Origin: Calditrichia bacterium
GTDB taxonomy: Bacteria > Calditrichota > Calditrichia > JAJRVZ01
DNA: 64,000 nucleotides
Assembly: GCA_963765585.1 (NCBI GenBank)
Contig: CAVXXB010000008.1
Span: 405,111-469,110 of the forward strand
Direction of reading: 5' to 3'
Part shown: one piece after another, positions 49,897-61,071 of the stretch
Layout: every line of letters begins with the position of its first letter
Position numbering within the stretch: the stretch's first letter is position 1
Made by a program: the position numbers and the translations under genes
Notes under the pieces: model-generated
What the model saw: only the letters and a program-made list of their open reading frames with translations
Told to the model about the DNA's origin: nothing
The model's database searches: none

Positions 49897-51036
49897 TTAT
49901 GCTGCCTTGCGCCCTCTTAATGAAATAATAAGCAAATATGTAAAGCAGATGACGGGCACAATATATGATAGTGCAAGCATTCCTTTGTCTACTAATTCAC
50001 CCATTACCAAAGGCACCAGGGCGCCTCCGCTGATTGCCATTACCATAAGACCCGAAAGTTCACTGGCACGATCCGGTTTTTCCTCGATTGTTATAGAGAA
50101 CAACATGGGCCATATATTCGCGAAACCCAATCCACCGAGGATGACACCAATTACAGTTAAATACTCGATACCTGTCATAATAAAAACGACACCCAGGAGA
50201 CCCAAGGCGGCAGATATTCTGAAAAATGTATGCGCATTGAGATTGATACTGCCACCAACCAGTCGACCAAATGTTATTGTACTAAAAAATATTGTTGGAC
50301 CAAGTAACGCCGCTCTGTCCGCGGTAAATCCAAAATTTTCCAGGGTCGGCTTGAGAAAGCGCCCCATGCATACCTCTGCACCCACATATAAGAATATACC
50401 CAATACAGCTAAAGCAAATACGGGCTCTCTCAACAGCCCCAGCGAAGAACCAATACTTGGTGGAATTTCCGCCTTGGTTTCTTCTATTTTTAATGAGGCA
50501 ACAAAAATAAATGCCAAAATCATAAATGCCAGAAATACAGGAAAAACACCACGCCAGCCCATGGCAGCAAAAACAGGCAGAATTAATACTAATCCAACTA
50601 AGTATGAAGATCCGGCAGATCCCAGGCCTTTAATTCCCTGAGCCATGGCAAGGTTACGACTATATCGGCCTTCGGCACTAACATCACGCATAATGGGATT
50701 TCCTGCAACTTGAAGAAATGTTGTACCGATTCCTAATACAAAGATGCAGATCAACAAGACCATAAATCCAGGATTAATAAATGTTGGAACAGCCATAGCC
50801 ACAATATTCAGGCCCAAACCTAAAAGTAAAAGGTTTTTCTTTCCGATACGCGCAGCAAGTACCCCACCGGGCACGCTGAATACCGCAAAGGCAATAAAAA
50901 CAAAAAAGGTGAGTAAGGTGGCAATCACAGCACTTAAATTATAGTTTTCCTGGACCGCACTGGCCATAGGCCCCATGGCATCGGCAATTCCCATAACTAA
51001 AAATGCCAAAAATATCGGGAAGGTCTTAAATTTCAT
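49897..51036 (-). CDS. MFS transporter, FucP/GluP-like sugar:H+ symporter
   Basis: 379 aa with 10-12 TM segments. The N-terminal MGIADAMGPMAS..GKKNLLLLG region resembles the fucose/glucose-galactose permease family. Confidence 0.65.
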   Translation of the reverse strand: MKFKTFPIFLAFLVMGIADAMGPMASAVQENYNLSAVIATLLTFFVFIAFAVFSVPGGVLAARIGKKNLLLLGLGLNIVAMAVPTFINPGFMVLLICIFVLGIGTTFLQVAGNPIMRDVSAEGRYSRNLAMAQGIKGLGSAGSSYLVGLVLILPVFAAMGWRGVFPVFLAFMILAFIFVASLKIEETKAEIPPSIGSSLGLLREPVFALAVLGIFLYVGAEVCMGRFLKPTLENFGFTADRAALLGPTIFFSTITFGRLVGGSINLNAHTFFRISAALGLLGVVFIMTGIEYLTVIGVILGGLGFANIWPMLFSITIEEKPDRASELSGLMVMAISGGALVPLVMGELVDKGMLALSYIVPVICFTYLLIISLRGRKAA

Positions 51037-51134
51037 ACTGTTCTCCTTATGGATGTAATTCCGGTTAGTGTTTGATTCCAGGCTTAATATAGCGTTTGTT
51101 TTTCAATTTATTTGTACCAGGAGTTGAGATTAAA

Positions 51135-52488
51135 TTATCCTATTCCCAATTTTTTCTGTATGTGTTCGAGTGAAATGCCTTTTGTTTCAATCATAACATA
51201 TATTACCCAAAATAACTGTCCGATCATACAAAGAGCATAAAATGCGAATGTATGGCCGCCGGAGACTTCTGCAAATATTGGGAATGTCCATGAAATTAAT
51301 GCTGCCATTACCCAATGTGTAAAACTGCCAAGGGCTTGACCACGTGCACGAACCCGATTGGGGAAAATCTCACTAATGAATACCCAGATCACCGCTCCCT
51401 GCCCGAATGCATGTGAAGCTATAAATACAATCAGACTTACAAGAACAACTATACTTCCGGTATCCGTGAATTCAGTTCCAAAAGTATAAAAAGCCCAGGC
51501 AGGCTGAACTCAAACTTACTATATATCCAATGGATCCGACGACCATCAATTTTTTTCTGCCAAAATTGTCGATTAACAATAGCGCAAGCATCGTAAATAT
51601 TAAATTAGTGCCTCCAATAGCAACTGTTTGCAGTAAAGCCGATTCTGCGCCTGCTCCGGCCATCTTAAATATATGCGGAGCATAATACATTAAAGCATTT
51701 ATTCCGGACAATTGATTGAACATTGCGATAGATACGGCCAGAAGTATCGGTTTTATGTATTTTTTACAATAAAATGGTTCGTTTAACTGATGATGTTCTA
51801 AATCGAGTGACTTTTGAATTTCATTAACTTCTTCTCCAATACTGCCGGAATCAGTACCACAGTTTTCTAATACTATTTTAGCTTCGTCAACTCTGCCAAC
51901 CGCTATTAACCAGCGGGGACTCTTAGGATTTAAAATTAAGAGAAAGAAAAATATAAAAGCAGGAACTGCTTCAACTCCGAACATCCATCTCCATTCTATT
52001 GCACCTAAACTCAGGCCTGATATCACATAATTAGAAAAGAAAGCCAGGAGAATACCAAAGACAATATTGAATTGAGTGAGTGCAACCAGCCTGCCTCGAT
52101 ATTTAGCCGGAGATATTTCTGCTATATACATTGGAGAAACAACTGAGGCACCGCCTACACCCAAACCGCCAATCAATCTAAAAAATAAAAATGAATACCA
52201 ATCCCACGCAAGTGCAGTACCCAAGGCAGAAACAAAATAGAGTACTGCTAAAACATAAAGAATATTTTTTCTGCCATATTTATCTGTCGGCCTGCCAACA
52301 GTAATTGCCCCAATTATTGTCCCTATGAGAGCGCTGGCAACGGTAAACCCCAACCAAAAACTTGACAAATCGTATGTTTGTGCCAGCCAATGAGTGGTGC
52401 CAGAGATTACAGCCGTATCAAATCCAAAAAGCAATCCACCGAGTGAAGCAATTAGTGAATATAAAAAAACATTCTTTTGAGTTTTCAT
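51135..52488 (-). pseudogene. MFS sugar-porter-family transporter (XylE/AraE-like), interrupted between 51392 and 51472
   Basis: The 338-aa ORF has sugar-porter signatures (GRPTDKYGRKN, RLIGGLGVGGASVVSPMYIAEISPAKYRGR, GINALMYYAP). The separate 85-aa C-terminal piece has FPNRVRARGQALGS...IETKG. A ~79-bp gap lies out of frame between them. Confidence 0.65.
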
Positions 52489-52855
52489 TAACTTTTTCTC
52501 GAATTGTTATATTTTAAATCAAAGGGAATTTATTACATTTGATATACAATTTTTAAATTATCATAATTGTTAATATACAATATTTCGCCTACATTTGAAA
52601 AATAATTTTGCTCGATTCTTATTAAATTTTATATGTATTATAGGTTTTTCTTTTATGCACTTAAAGCAATTTTTGGACTAAACAATATCTTTTGTAACAA
52701 TTGTGGTAAACAGAGTCAAAGTAGGTAGGAGGGCAAGAAATAGTCAATAATTATCGCAGCAGGGCGAATCAATCTTGATGGAAATTGCTTCATTGTCTGC
52801 CGTACAACGGGCCCCTTGCCATAACATTAAAATGTGCTAATGTGTGTGAATCATT

Positions 52856-54145
52856 TTACTGATTGCGATAGTCAACCAGGAACAGGGTCGATTGTGATTC
52901 CGGTGCGCCCAGCTGTCTGGCCCTGGCATTTGGTAAAGCGCTTCCCACACAGATTTTTAACTCATATATTTCTTTATAAACTTCTCCATTATCATCATAT
53001 ATCTCTAAATCTTTTTTTTTGAGTCTAAATAAAACTTTTTTCTTTTCACCAGATTTTAGATAAACCCTCTGAAATCCTTTTAATGTTGAAACAGGTGTTA
53101 AAAACGGAACATCCACAGCCGATACATTATATTTGAAAGTCGTATAGCTAAGACCAAATCCAAAGGGGTATAGAATATCACCTTGGAAATATCGATATGT
53201 TTGTTTACTTCCGGAAATAGTATAATCTTTAAAATCTGCCAGTTGATCTGTTGAAGAGTATACAGATGCGGGAAGTTTCCCTGAAGGAGAAATATCTCCA
53301 AATAACACATCTGCAACTGCATTGCCGCCCTGCTCGCCGGGATACCAGGCCCATATAATAGCATCGGCCAAATCATGTACTTCCGGTATTGCCAGCGCAC
53401 TTCCTGAACAGTCCACCACAATCAAGGGTTTGTCATTACAGGCTTTACGCAGTTCACGCAGGTAAATCATCTGGCTCTCAGGCAATTCAATTTTATCACG
53501 ATCCCCACCCGTTTTTGAGAAAGGTGTATCGCCGTCCTCACCCTCGTAAAGGCCTGATAAACCAATTACGGCAATGGCTGCATCAGCATCCCTGGCATTC
53601 CATACCTGACCGGTTTTGATATTTGCAGGCTCCTGTTCCAGAAGAATAATTTTTTCATATCTGACGACGGATGTGCTTGATACCTTTTTGGCTATAAATT
53701 CCGGAAAATGGGATTCCGGTTCAGGATCAAACATGCCCAGCCTAAACCGTATCGCAAGTTGTTTTGCCAGAGCAGCAGATTCAACTTTATCCCCGGTAAT
53801 TTTATGATTTGCATGCAGATCATTTAAGGCACCACAGTCTGAAACAACATAGCCGCCAAAATTCCACTTGTTTCTAAGTATATCGATCAGATATGTTGAA
53901 CTGCCACAGCAGGCTTCCGAATTCAGCCGGTTATAAGCACACATCACACCGGCAACGCCTTCATCGACAAGCCGTTTAAATGCGGGTAAATATGTTTCAT
54001 TTAGATCCTTGAGATTTGATTTAGCATCAAATGTATGTCTAACGTTCTCCGGTCCGTTATGAACTGCAAAATGTTTAGCACAAGCAGCGATTTTAAGATA
54101 TTTTTCATTTTTCCCCTGCAATCCGCGAACAAATGCCGCACCCAT
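52856..54145 (-). pseudogene. Glycoside hydrolase family 3 (BglX-like), N-terminally truncated fragment lacking ~170 aa of the catalytic barrel
   Basis: The ORF begins inside the GH3 catalytic domain (KHFAVHNGPE at residue ~33 rather than ~200; GYVVSDCGA nucleophile region). It continues through the alpha/beta C-domain and the Fn3-like tail. Only 67 bp separate it from the end of the upstream GH92 gene. Confidence 0.65.
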
Positions 54146-54212
54146 CTCACCGGTTAAAAATGGATCCTCGCCATACGTCTCATATCCTCTGCCCTCGATT
54201 GATAATTTTCAC

Positions 54213-56504
54213 TTAAATTTTAACCGGTTTGTTGCCCATTACAAATTTCAATAATCCGCCGCTCATTATTTGCCGGTGGTTTATTGTAGAATTTTTATAT
54301 TTCTTTCCATTCAATTCAATTTCCTGAATATAAATATTATCCGGACTATTGTTTTCTGTTTCGATCGTAAATTTCTTTCCACCCGGTAAGCTGATGGTTG
54401 CCCTGTCAAATATTGGACTTCCGAAGACATATTCCTGCGATGCCGGAAATACAGGGTAGAAACCCAGCGATGAAAGTACATACCAGGCAGACATCTGACC
54501 ACAATCTTCATTTCCGATCACACCATCCGGATCATCATGGTAAAATTCCTTCATAATATAGCGAACTTTTTCTGCCGTTTTCCACTGCTGACCGGCCGAT
54601 GCATATAAATAGGCAATATGATGACTCGGCTCGTTGCCGTGTGCATACTGGCCAATAATACCGGTCAGATCTACCAGAACCTCTTCTTCATCTTCCAGTG
54701 AAATTGTAAAGAAACTATCCAGGCGGGTAATAAACATTTCTTTACCGCCCAGTAATTCGATCAAACCGGGAACATCATGAGGTGCCAGCCATAGATATTG
54801 CCAGGCATTTCCTTCCGCATAATCCTTTGCAAACGATCGTTTGGAGATAATTGGATCAAACATTGGATTCCAGCTGCCATCGCTCATTACCCCCCGGAAA
54901 AATCCAACCGACTTATCATAATATAGCTGATAGTTTTTTGCTCGTTTGCTGAAATATTCATAATCTTCCTCTTTACCTAATGCCTTTGCCATCAGCGCAG
55001 TACTTCCGTCAGATATCGCCAATTCCATTGCCTGGGCCACGGATCTATGAATTTCTCCATCGGATGGGATTGGTTTCATTTCTTTTAAATAATCCAGACC
55101 TTCAATATCTAACATTGAAGTGGTTTTAATAGCATCATATGCGCGTTCAACATCAAATCCACGGTAGCCTTTAAGATATGCTTCGGCAATCACCTGCAAA
55201 CTGCTGATCCCGACCATGGTTTTTGTTTCATATCCATGCAGATGCCAGATGGGTAAATAGCCCTGCTCATCAAATATTGCCAGCATAGTGTTTACAAAAT
55301 CATCCACCCGATTGGGTTGCAATATGGTAAAAAGTGGATGCGCCGCCCGGTAAGTATCCCAAAGTGAAAGCACAGTATAGTTTGTAAAATCCGGATTCTT
55401 ATAAACCTTATTATCGGCCCCACGATAATCGCTATTATGATCATTGAACAATGAAGGATGCATATAGGAATGATAAAGTGCGGTGTAGAAAATCCTTTTA
55501 TCGGCTTCATTTTTTGTTTCAATTGTGACATTTGATAACTCGGCATTCCATTTTTCGCGAGCTGAGGCAACCACACCGTCAAAATTCCAATCGGGAATTT
55601 CTTTTTCTATATTAGCGAGTGCATTTTTCTCACTAACCGGCGATATACCCACTTTTAATTCGATTCTGTCAGGGGAAGATGTAAAACTAATCAAACCTTT
55701 CAGAGAAGTGACATCTTTATTATCTTTGCTTACCGGCTTCGTTTCATCAAACAGTTTTAACTCAGGGATCGGAATCGAACTTTTAATAGCAAAGAATACC
55801 TGCTGCTCTTTCGCCCATCCCGAAGAAAAACGGCGTCCTATAATCGTGTATTCATCAATACGGACTAATGAAGCCTCGGTGGTCCGGTCATTAATCCCTT
55901 CCTTAAGATCGATAATTATATGTGCATTTTGTTTTTCAGGAAAAAAATAACGGTGATAACCGACCCGCTCTGTAGCAGCTAATTCAACCCGTACACCATT
56001 ATCCATTCTTACGGAATAATAACCAGGTTTAACTTTTTCATTTTCATGACTAAACTTGGAGAGATAACCACCATGTGGATATTCCTGAGTTCCTTTATCC
56101 AGTCTCACATCCCCGGTAAAGGGCATGATCAGTACATCGGCCAGATCTCCTATCCCGGTACCGCTTAAGTGCAGCTGGGAAAAACCGATAATCAGGCTGT
56201 CAGAGTAATGATATCCGGAACACCAGTCCCATCCTTTATAGATATTATTTGGACCTATTTGCACTGCACCAAATGGCACATTTGCACCTACAAAGACATG
56301 ACCATGACCTCCGGATCCAATTAATGGATCGACATAGTCTACCGGTTGCATCCTGTTATTATTCGCATTGCATCCAAATAGATTTGAGATCATAACAAAA
56401 AAACTGATCAGCAATAAAATCGTTTTTTGTTTAAATTGAGATTGCATCATCGCTAAACTCCTCGCAGTGATATGAAAGTGTTTTATACGTATTCTCATAA
56501 TCAA
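54213..56504 (-). CDS. Glycoside hydrolase family 92 (alpha-1,2-mannosidase-like)
   Basis: 763 aa with a signal peptide. The N-terminal signature is VDPLIGSGGHGHVFVGANVPFGAVQIGPNN. Confidence 0.85.
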   Translation of the reverse strand: MIMRIRIKHFHITARSLAMMQSQFKQKTILLLISFFVMISNLFGCNANNNRMQPVDYVDPLIGSGGHGHVFVGANVPFGAVQIGPNNIYKGWDWCSGYHYSDSLIIGFSQLHLSGTGIGDLADVLIMPFTGDVRLDKGTQEYPHGGYLSKFSHENEKVKPGYYSVRMDNGVRVELAATERVGYHRYFFPEKQNAHIIIDLKEGINDRTTEASLVRIDEYTIIGRRFSSGWAKEQQVFFAIKSSIPIPELKLFDETKPVSKDNKDVTSLKGLISFTSSPDRIELKVGISPVSEKNALANIEKEIPDWNFDGVVASAREKWNAELSNVTIETKNEADKRIFYTALYHSYMHPSLFNDHNSDYRGADNKVYKNPDFTNYTVLSLWDTYRAAHPLFTILQPNRVDDFVNTMLAIFDEQGYLPIWHLHGYETKTMVGISSLQVIAEAYLKGYRGFDVERAYDAIKTTSMLDIEGLDYLKEMKPIPSDGEIHRSVAQAMELAISDGSTALMAKALGKEEDYEYFSKRAKNYQLYYDKSVGFFRGVMSDGSWNPMFDPIISKRSFAKDYAEGNAWQYLWLAPHDVPGLIELLGGKEMFITRLDSFFTISLEDEEEVLVDLTGIIGQYAHGNEPSHHIAYLYASAGQQWKTAEKVRYIMKEFYHDDPDGVIGNEDCGQMSAWYVLSSLGFYPVFPASQEYVFGSPIFDRATISLPGGKKFTIETENNSPDNIYIQEIELNGKKYKNSTINHRQIMSGGLLKFVMGNKPVKI

Positions 56505-56573
56505 TCCTTTATATCTTTCTAATTAATAATTTCAATTATTTGAACATGGAAAACTGCCTAAGCAGTCGATAAT

Positions 56574-58778
56574 TTATTTCTGAATATTGGATCTGCCGAG
56601 ATAATCCTGATAAATACAGTCTATCTGAAAACCATCCACACCTGCTTTAATAAGTCGCTCAACATCATAGCGCGCCTCTGCACGGTGCTTTTTTTCTGAA
56701 TACCGGAATGTATTTATTGCCGGTATAACCAGAGCGCCATTTTCCTGTACAGGTTTAACAAGATCTAAAGGCCAGGTCTCCGGGACTCCAAACCAGTAAT
56801 AGCCACTGAGATCAGGCGAAGCACCCTGTTTCACCTTTTCCAGCAGATCCTCGGGAAGCGTTATCAGAACTTTATCCTGCAAATATTTTCGCGTTCGGGA
56901 GCGACCGAGTGTCATACATGCCTTATCCAGTTGGTATTTTTCAATCAGGCCCAAAATACGTTTGTAAAACAAATCGCTACCCTCCCCGGATTTTATATCG
57001 AACATGACACCAAGGTTGAGTGAACTGCACAGGCCGAGCATTATATCCAACGAGGTAATGGTCTGATCACTATTCAGGAAATGGATTTGTGAGACGGCAT
57101 CTAATGTAAGGTCAGAGATTCTGCCATCAATCCCACACGCATTTAACATGTTCTCATCATGAAAAACAACCGGGTAATGATCCTGGCTTTCCCTGACATC
57201 CAGTTCAACCATATCATAGCGATAAGCAGCTGCCATTTTAACGGCCATCTGGGAACACTCCGGCACATCCGGAAATACCACCCCGCCGCGATGGGCAATC
57301 AGGATTGGACTGCGGGCACGAACCGCATCAGTATCCCACACATTTATAAGTTCAGGAAGCGGGATAATCCGGGGGACTATCGCTTTGGAGACCGGTGTGC
57401 TTCTTCCATCTATTTTGTATTTCTCGAGCAATCCGGACAATTTTATGGCAATATCCATATTTTCACTATAGACATTTTCTTTTTCAGAAGGATCCCTGGC
57501 AAGATTATACAAGCGATCGTTGCCAATCAGTTTCCATTCCCCTTGCCGGATGAAAAGGTCTGTATTATCCGGTCTGCCGATAAAATCTTCACGAATTGGT
57601 TTATCAACATCTTTGATATATAAAGCATTCAATATATTATAACTGTCTTCGGCCACATTATCGGGCAAAGGTTCACCAACCAGAGCAGCAAAAGTAGCTA
57701 ACATATCTGTGGTGGATATAATTTGAGCACATTTGGAATCCGGTTCGATGACCCCGGGCCAACTTGCAATAAATGGCATGCGGTGTCCACCCTCCCAGGC
57801 GTCAAATTTCATTCCGCGGTACAAAGATGTAGCCCGGTGGCCATAGGTTTCGATATCAACCGGCCACCACACCGGGCCATTATCGCTGGTAAAGAAAATG
57901 AGTGTATTTTCCCGTAATCCGTTGTCATACACTGCCTGAACAACGCTTCCAATCGCATTATCATTTTCGGAAACCCAATCGCCATAATCTCCTGCATCAG
58001 ATGTTCCCTTGAATCTTTCAGAAGCCAACCAGGGTGTGTGCGGAGAAGCAAGCGCTAAATAGAGAAAGAATGGTGATGAGTTATTTGCCGCTTCTTTAAT
58101 AAATTCAATGGATTTTTGAGTAAAATTTGACAGTACTTGATCATGTTTAAAATCCGGAGCAACTTTACCTTCCCGCCAGAAAGGACCCTGCCAGCCATTC
58201 TTACCATAGCCCTCACTGGCTGCCACATCTTCGGTGGGCGGTTGCACTGCATGCCTATTTTCAATGTAGTAATAATCTGCCTGGTCAAGTGAGCGACTGA
58301 TACCGAAATAGTAATCAAATCCGCGATCAACCGGACCACCCTTCAGATTATTATAATCGCTGTAATCAAATCCCAGATGCCATTTACCTACCATTGCGGT
58401 GCGGTATCCGTTTTTTTGCAGCACAGAGGCAATCGTCCAGCGATTCTCTTCAATCAGAGGCTCACTCTGCCATTTAAAACTTCCAGCTCTGAACGGATAG
58501 CGGCCTGTCAGCAGACCATAACGCGATGTAACACAGGATGAACCTGGCACATGGGCATCTGTAAACATCATACCGGATGCGGCTAACTTGTCAAGACGAG
58601 GTGTTTCAATTTTTGAATCCGGATTGAAGGCTTTGACATCGCCATATCCCATATCATCGGCCATGATAAAGATGATATTCGGCAATTTCTGAGTCTGCTG
58701 TGCATGTACATTTATGGTCAGCAAAGAAAGAACCATCACAACGCTAAGCCACCATTTAATCAAAAATTTACTTTTCAT
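56574..58778 (-). CDS. Fusion protein: N-terminal sulfatase (alkaline-phosphatase superfamily) + C-terminal glycerophosphodiester phosphodiesterase (GDPD) domain
   Basis: 734 aa with a signal peptide. The sulfatase core is IIFIMADDMGYGD...SSCVTSRYGLLTGRY (non-canonical C-V-T-S-R instead of C-x-P-x-R). The C-terminal ~250 aa has GDPD catalytic residues (IAHRGG...ELDVRESQDHYPVVFHD). Confidence 0.75.
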   Translation of the reverse strand: MKSKFLIKWWLSVVMVLSLLTINVHAQQTQKLPNIIFIMADDMGYGDVKAFNPDSKIETPRLDKLAASGMMFTDAHVPGSSCVTSRYGLLTGRYPFRAGSFKWQSEPLIEENRWTIASVLQKNGYRTAMVGKWHLGFDYSDYNNLKGGPVDRGFDYYFGISRSLDQADYYYIENRHAVQPPTEDVAASEGYGKNGWQGPFWREGKVAPDFKHDQVLSNFTQKSIEFIKEAANNSSPFFLYLALASPHTPWLASERFKGTSDAGDYGDWVSENDNAIGSVVQAVYDNGLRENTLIFFTSDNGPVWWPVDIETYGHRATSLYRGMKFDAWEGGHRMPFIASWPGVIEPDSKCAQIISTTDMLATFAALVGEPLPDNVAEDSYNILNALYIKDVDKPIREDFIGRPDNTDLFIRQGEWKLIGNDRLYNLARDPSEKENVYSENMDIAIKLSGLLEKYKIDGRSTPVSKAIVPRIIPLPELINVWDTDAVRARSPILIAHRGGVVFPDVPECSQMAVKMAAAYRYDMVELDVRESQDHYPVVFHDENMLNACGIDGRISDLTLDAVSQIHFLNSDQTITSLDIMLGLCSSLNLGVMFDIKSGEGSDLFYKRILGLIEKYQLDKACMTLGRSRTRKYLQDKVLITLPEDLLEKVKQGASPDLSGYYWFGVPETWPLDLVKPVQENGALVIPAINTFRYSEKKHRAEARYDVERLIKAGVDGFQIDCIYQDYLGRSNIQK

Positions 58779-59072
58779 ATATAGGCCTTCATTTTACAAA
58801 AAACAATTTGAGGAGATTGCTTCAGCGTCCCGATTAAATCGGGACTTCTCGCAATGACAAGTAAACGTTAGTCAGTTTTCATTAATCAATCTTTTCAATT
58901 TCTACCCAAAATGGAAATATTCGTTTTCCATTTACCGAATAAAATGGAATCAATTCACAATCCATTTCAGGAAGTGAAACATTTTTCATCTCAATTATGT
59001 CGGTTTTTGTTTTTGAATTTCTTTTTTGGTTTATAATACCCTTTGTTTCCAGAAACATCCTGCCGCCAGCTT

Positions 59073-60632
59073 CTACATCGGTTTTATAAATTTAAAACTA
59101 AAATTATACATCCCCCTCTGCACACTCACATTCCATTTCCCAAAAATTTCTTCATGAGCCCAAATTCCCCGCTGCCCGCCGGCATCGTTTCTATTGAGAA
59201 TAACCGGATTTTCGTATTTACTACCCACGACAATTCTGGGTGCATTAACCAGATTTTCTGATTCAATTAATTGCTTATAAGTTATATCAAGTTCCTTTTT
59301 GAGATTATCTGCAATTTCTTGATGATCAAGAATAATATTATCTTGTTCAAATGGATCTTTACTCAGATTAAATAATTGAAAATCGTTGAGTTCAGCATTA
59401 TAGTCTGTCATTCCAACAAATTTATAGTCTCCCTTTTGCAGGGCAATATTATTATATAGCTCGGGATATCGCCTTGTCCAGTAAAAGAACAGTGACCGGT
59501 CTGTCCATTCTACTTTTACTTTCTTGATCAGCGGTACAAGGCTTTTTCCATCAATTATTTTTTCTTTCGGTAAGGGGACATCACACAACTCTGCTATAGT
59601 TGGCATAATATCGATATGAGCTGAAACTGTTTCTATATCCATATTTTCTTCTGTTAATGCCGGATACCTTAAATAAAAAGGCACTCTGACACCACCACGA
59701 TACACACTGCCTTTCCTGCCGCGCATACCACCAATATACCTTGTTTGCTGAGGTCCGTTGTCTGTCATAAAAATTATAAGGGTATTCTGTGCAATTTTCA
59801 GATCATCTAGCTTTTGCAAAAGTCTGTCCATATTGTCATCGATATTTGTTACCATGGCATATACTTTTCTGGCATCCTCTTTATCCTTATCGCTCATTTT
59901 CGCAAATGGTCTTTTGTCACTCTCAAATCCGGATGAGGGATCAATATCTTTGTATAACTGATAATATTTATCAGGAACCTGCAAAGGGGTGTGCGGTGCG
60001 TTGAAAGAAAGATAGCAAAAGAAAGGGGCTTGATGATGCCTCTCGATAAATTTGATTGCCTGCTCGGTAAAAATATCCGAGCAATATCCGTCGTAGTTTG
60101 CTTTTTTACCATTATGCCACAGCACCGGATTGAAATAACTGCTATCGCCTTTAAAATAGGTCGTTATATCACCCACCTGCCCCATGCCGCCGGACAAATG
60201 AATCAAAGATTCATCAAAACCCTGATAGTTGGGTGTATGTGGATAATTATCCCCCAAATGCCATTTGCCAAATATACCTGTTTTATAATTTGCCTGCTTC
60301 AATATCTCGGCAATGGTAATCTCATTTGAGGCCATTATTGCACCGCCATTGTATGTATCCCGTACACCTGTCCGTAAGGAGTAACGACCGGTCATCAGAC
60401 TTGAGCGGGTAGGTGCACAAACTGGGGAAACATAAAAGTTATTGAAACGGATATTTTCAGACGCAAATTTATCAATTACCGGCGTCCGGACATGTGGATT
60501 TCCGGTAATACCCAGATCTCCATATCCCTGATCATCGGTAATTACGATAATCACATTTGGTTTTTGATCTTGCTGCCGGACACAGGCGGAGAGTAAAACT
60601 GCAAGGATAGCTAAGTAAATCATGTGCTTCAT
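59073..60632 (-). CDS. Arylsulfatase (formylglycine-dependent)
   Basis: 519 aa with a signal peptide. IIVITDDQGYGD, the canonical CAPTRSSLMTGRY motif and GKWHLG. Confidence 0.85.
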   Translation of the reverse strand: MKHMIYLAILAVLLSACVRQQDQKPNVIIVITDDQGYGDLGITGNPHVRTPVIDKFASENIRFNNFYVSPVCAPTRSSLMTGRYSLRTGVRDTYNGGAIMASNEITIAEILKQANYKTGIFGKWHLGDNYPHTPNYQGFDESLIHLSGGMGQVGDITTYFKGDSSYFNPVLWHNGKKANYDGYCSDIFTEQAIKFIERHHQAPFFCYLSFNAPHTPLQVPDKYYQLYKDIDPSSGFESDKRPFAKMSDKDKEDARKVYAMVTNIDDNMDRLLQKLDDLKIAQNTLIIFMTDNGPQQTRYIGGMRGRKGSVYRGGVRVPFYLRYPALTEENMDIETVSAHIDIMPTIAELCDVPLPKEKIIDGKSLVPLIKKVKVEWTDRSLFFYWTRRYPELYNNIALQKGDYKFVGMTDYNAELNDFQLFNLSKDPFEQDNIILDHQEIADNLKKELDITYKQLIESENLVNAPRIVVGSKYENPVILNRNDAGGQRGIWAHEEIFGKWNVSVQRGMYNFSFKFIKPM

Positions 60633-61071
60633 GTATCAGATCCCTTCAAATTCAAGACTCATTCTTAAGGTTATTATCAGTAAGTCCCACATCTACCCGA
60701 TCATAAAAGATCTTGTGATCCTTTAATATGAGCTCTCCCGATGACATCAAGATAATCTTTATTTTCAATAATTAGTTACCATTATTAATTATCATTTATT
60801 ATGATTTTACTAAGTTCTTTTCTTTTACAAACAATAAAAACGAATTGCTTGTTAATGAGATTTCTTCGTCGCTGAACGCTTCGCAATAAAATGAAAATGG
60901 AGCGTACGAATGAAAGTTTATGCGCAGGCGAGAGTCTATTGGCCCGTTAATTTCACGGATTTAACTGATTTTTGCTGATTGGTTTCACAATATTTAAGAC
61001 ATGTGCCTGAATCCGGCCCGCCTGTTTCACAGGAAAAACAGGATAATCCGCGTGTAATTAATCAGATGATG

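Noticed and set aside
49892-50641. 249-aa +strand ORF
   Set aside because: It is antisense to a well-supported MFS transporter gene. The composition is Pro/Arg/Ser-rich, as expected for the reverse complement of a hydrophobic membrane-protein gene.
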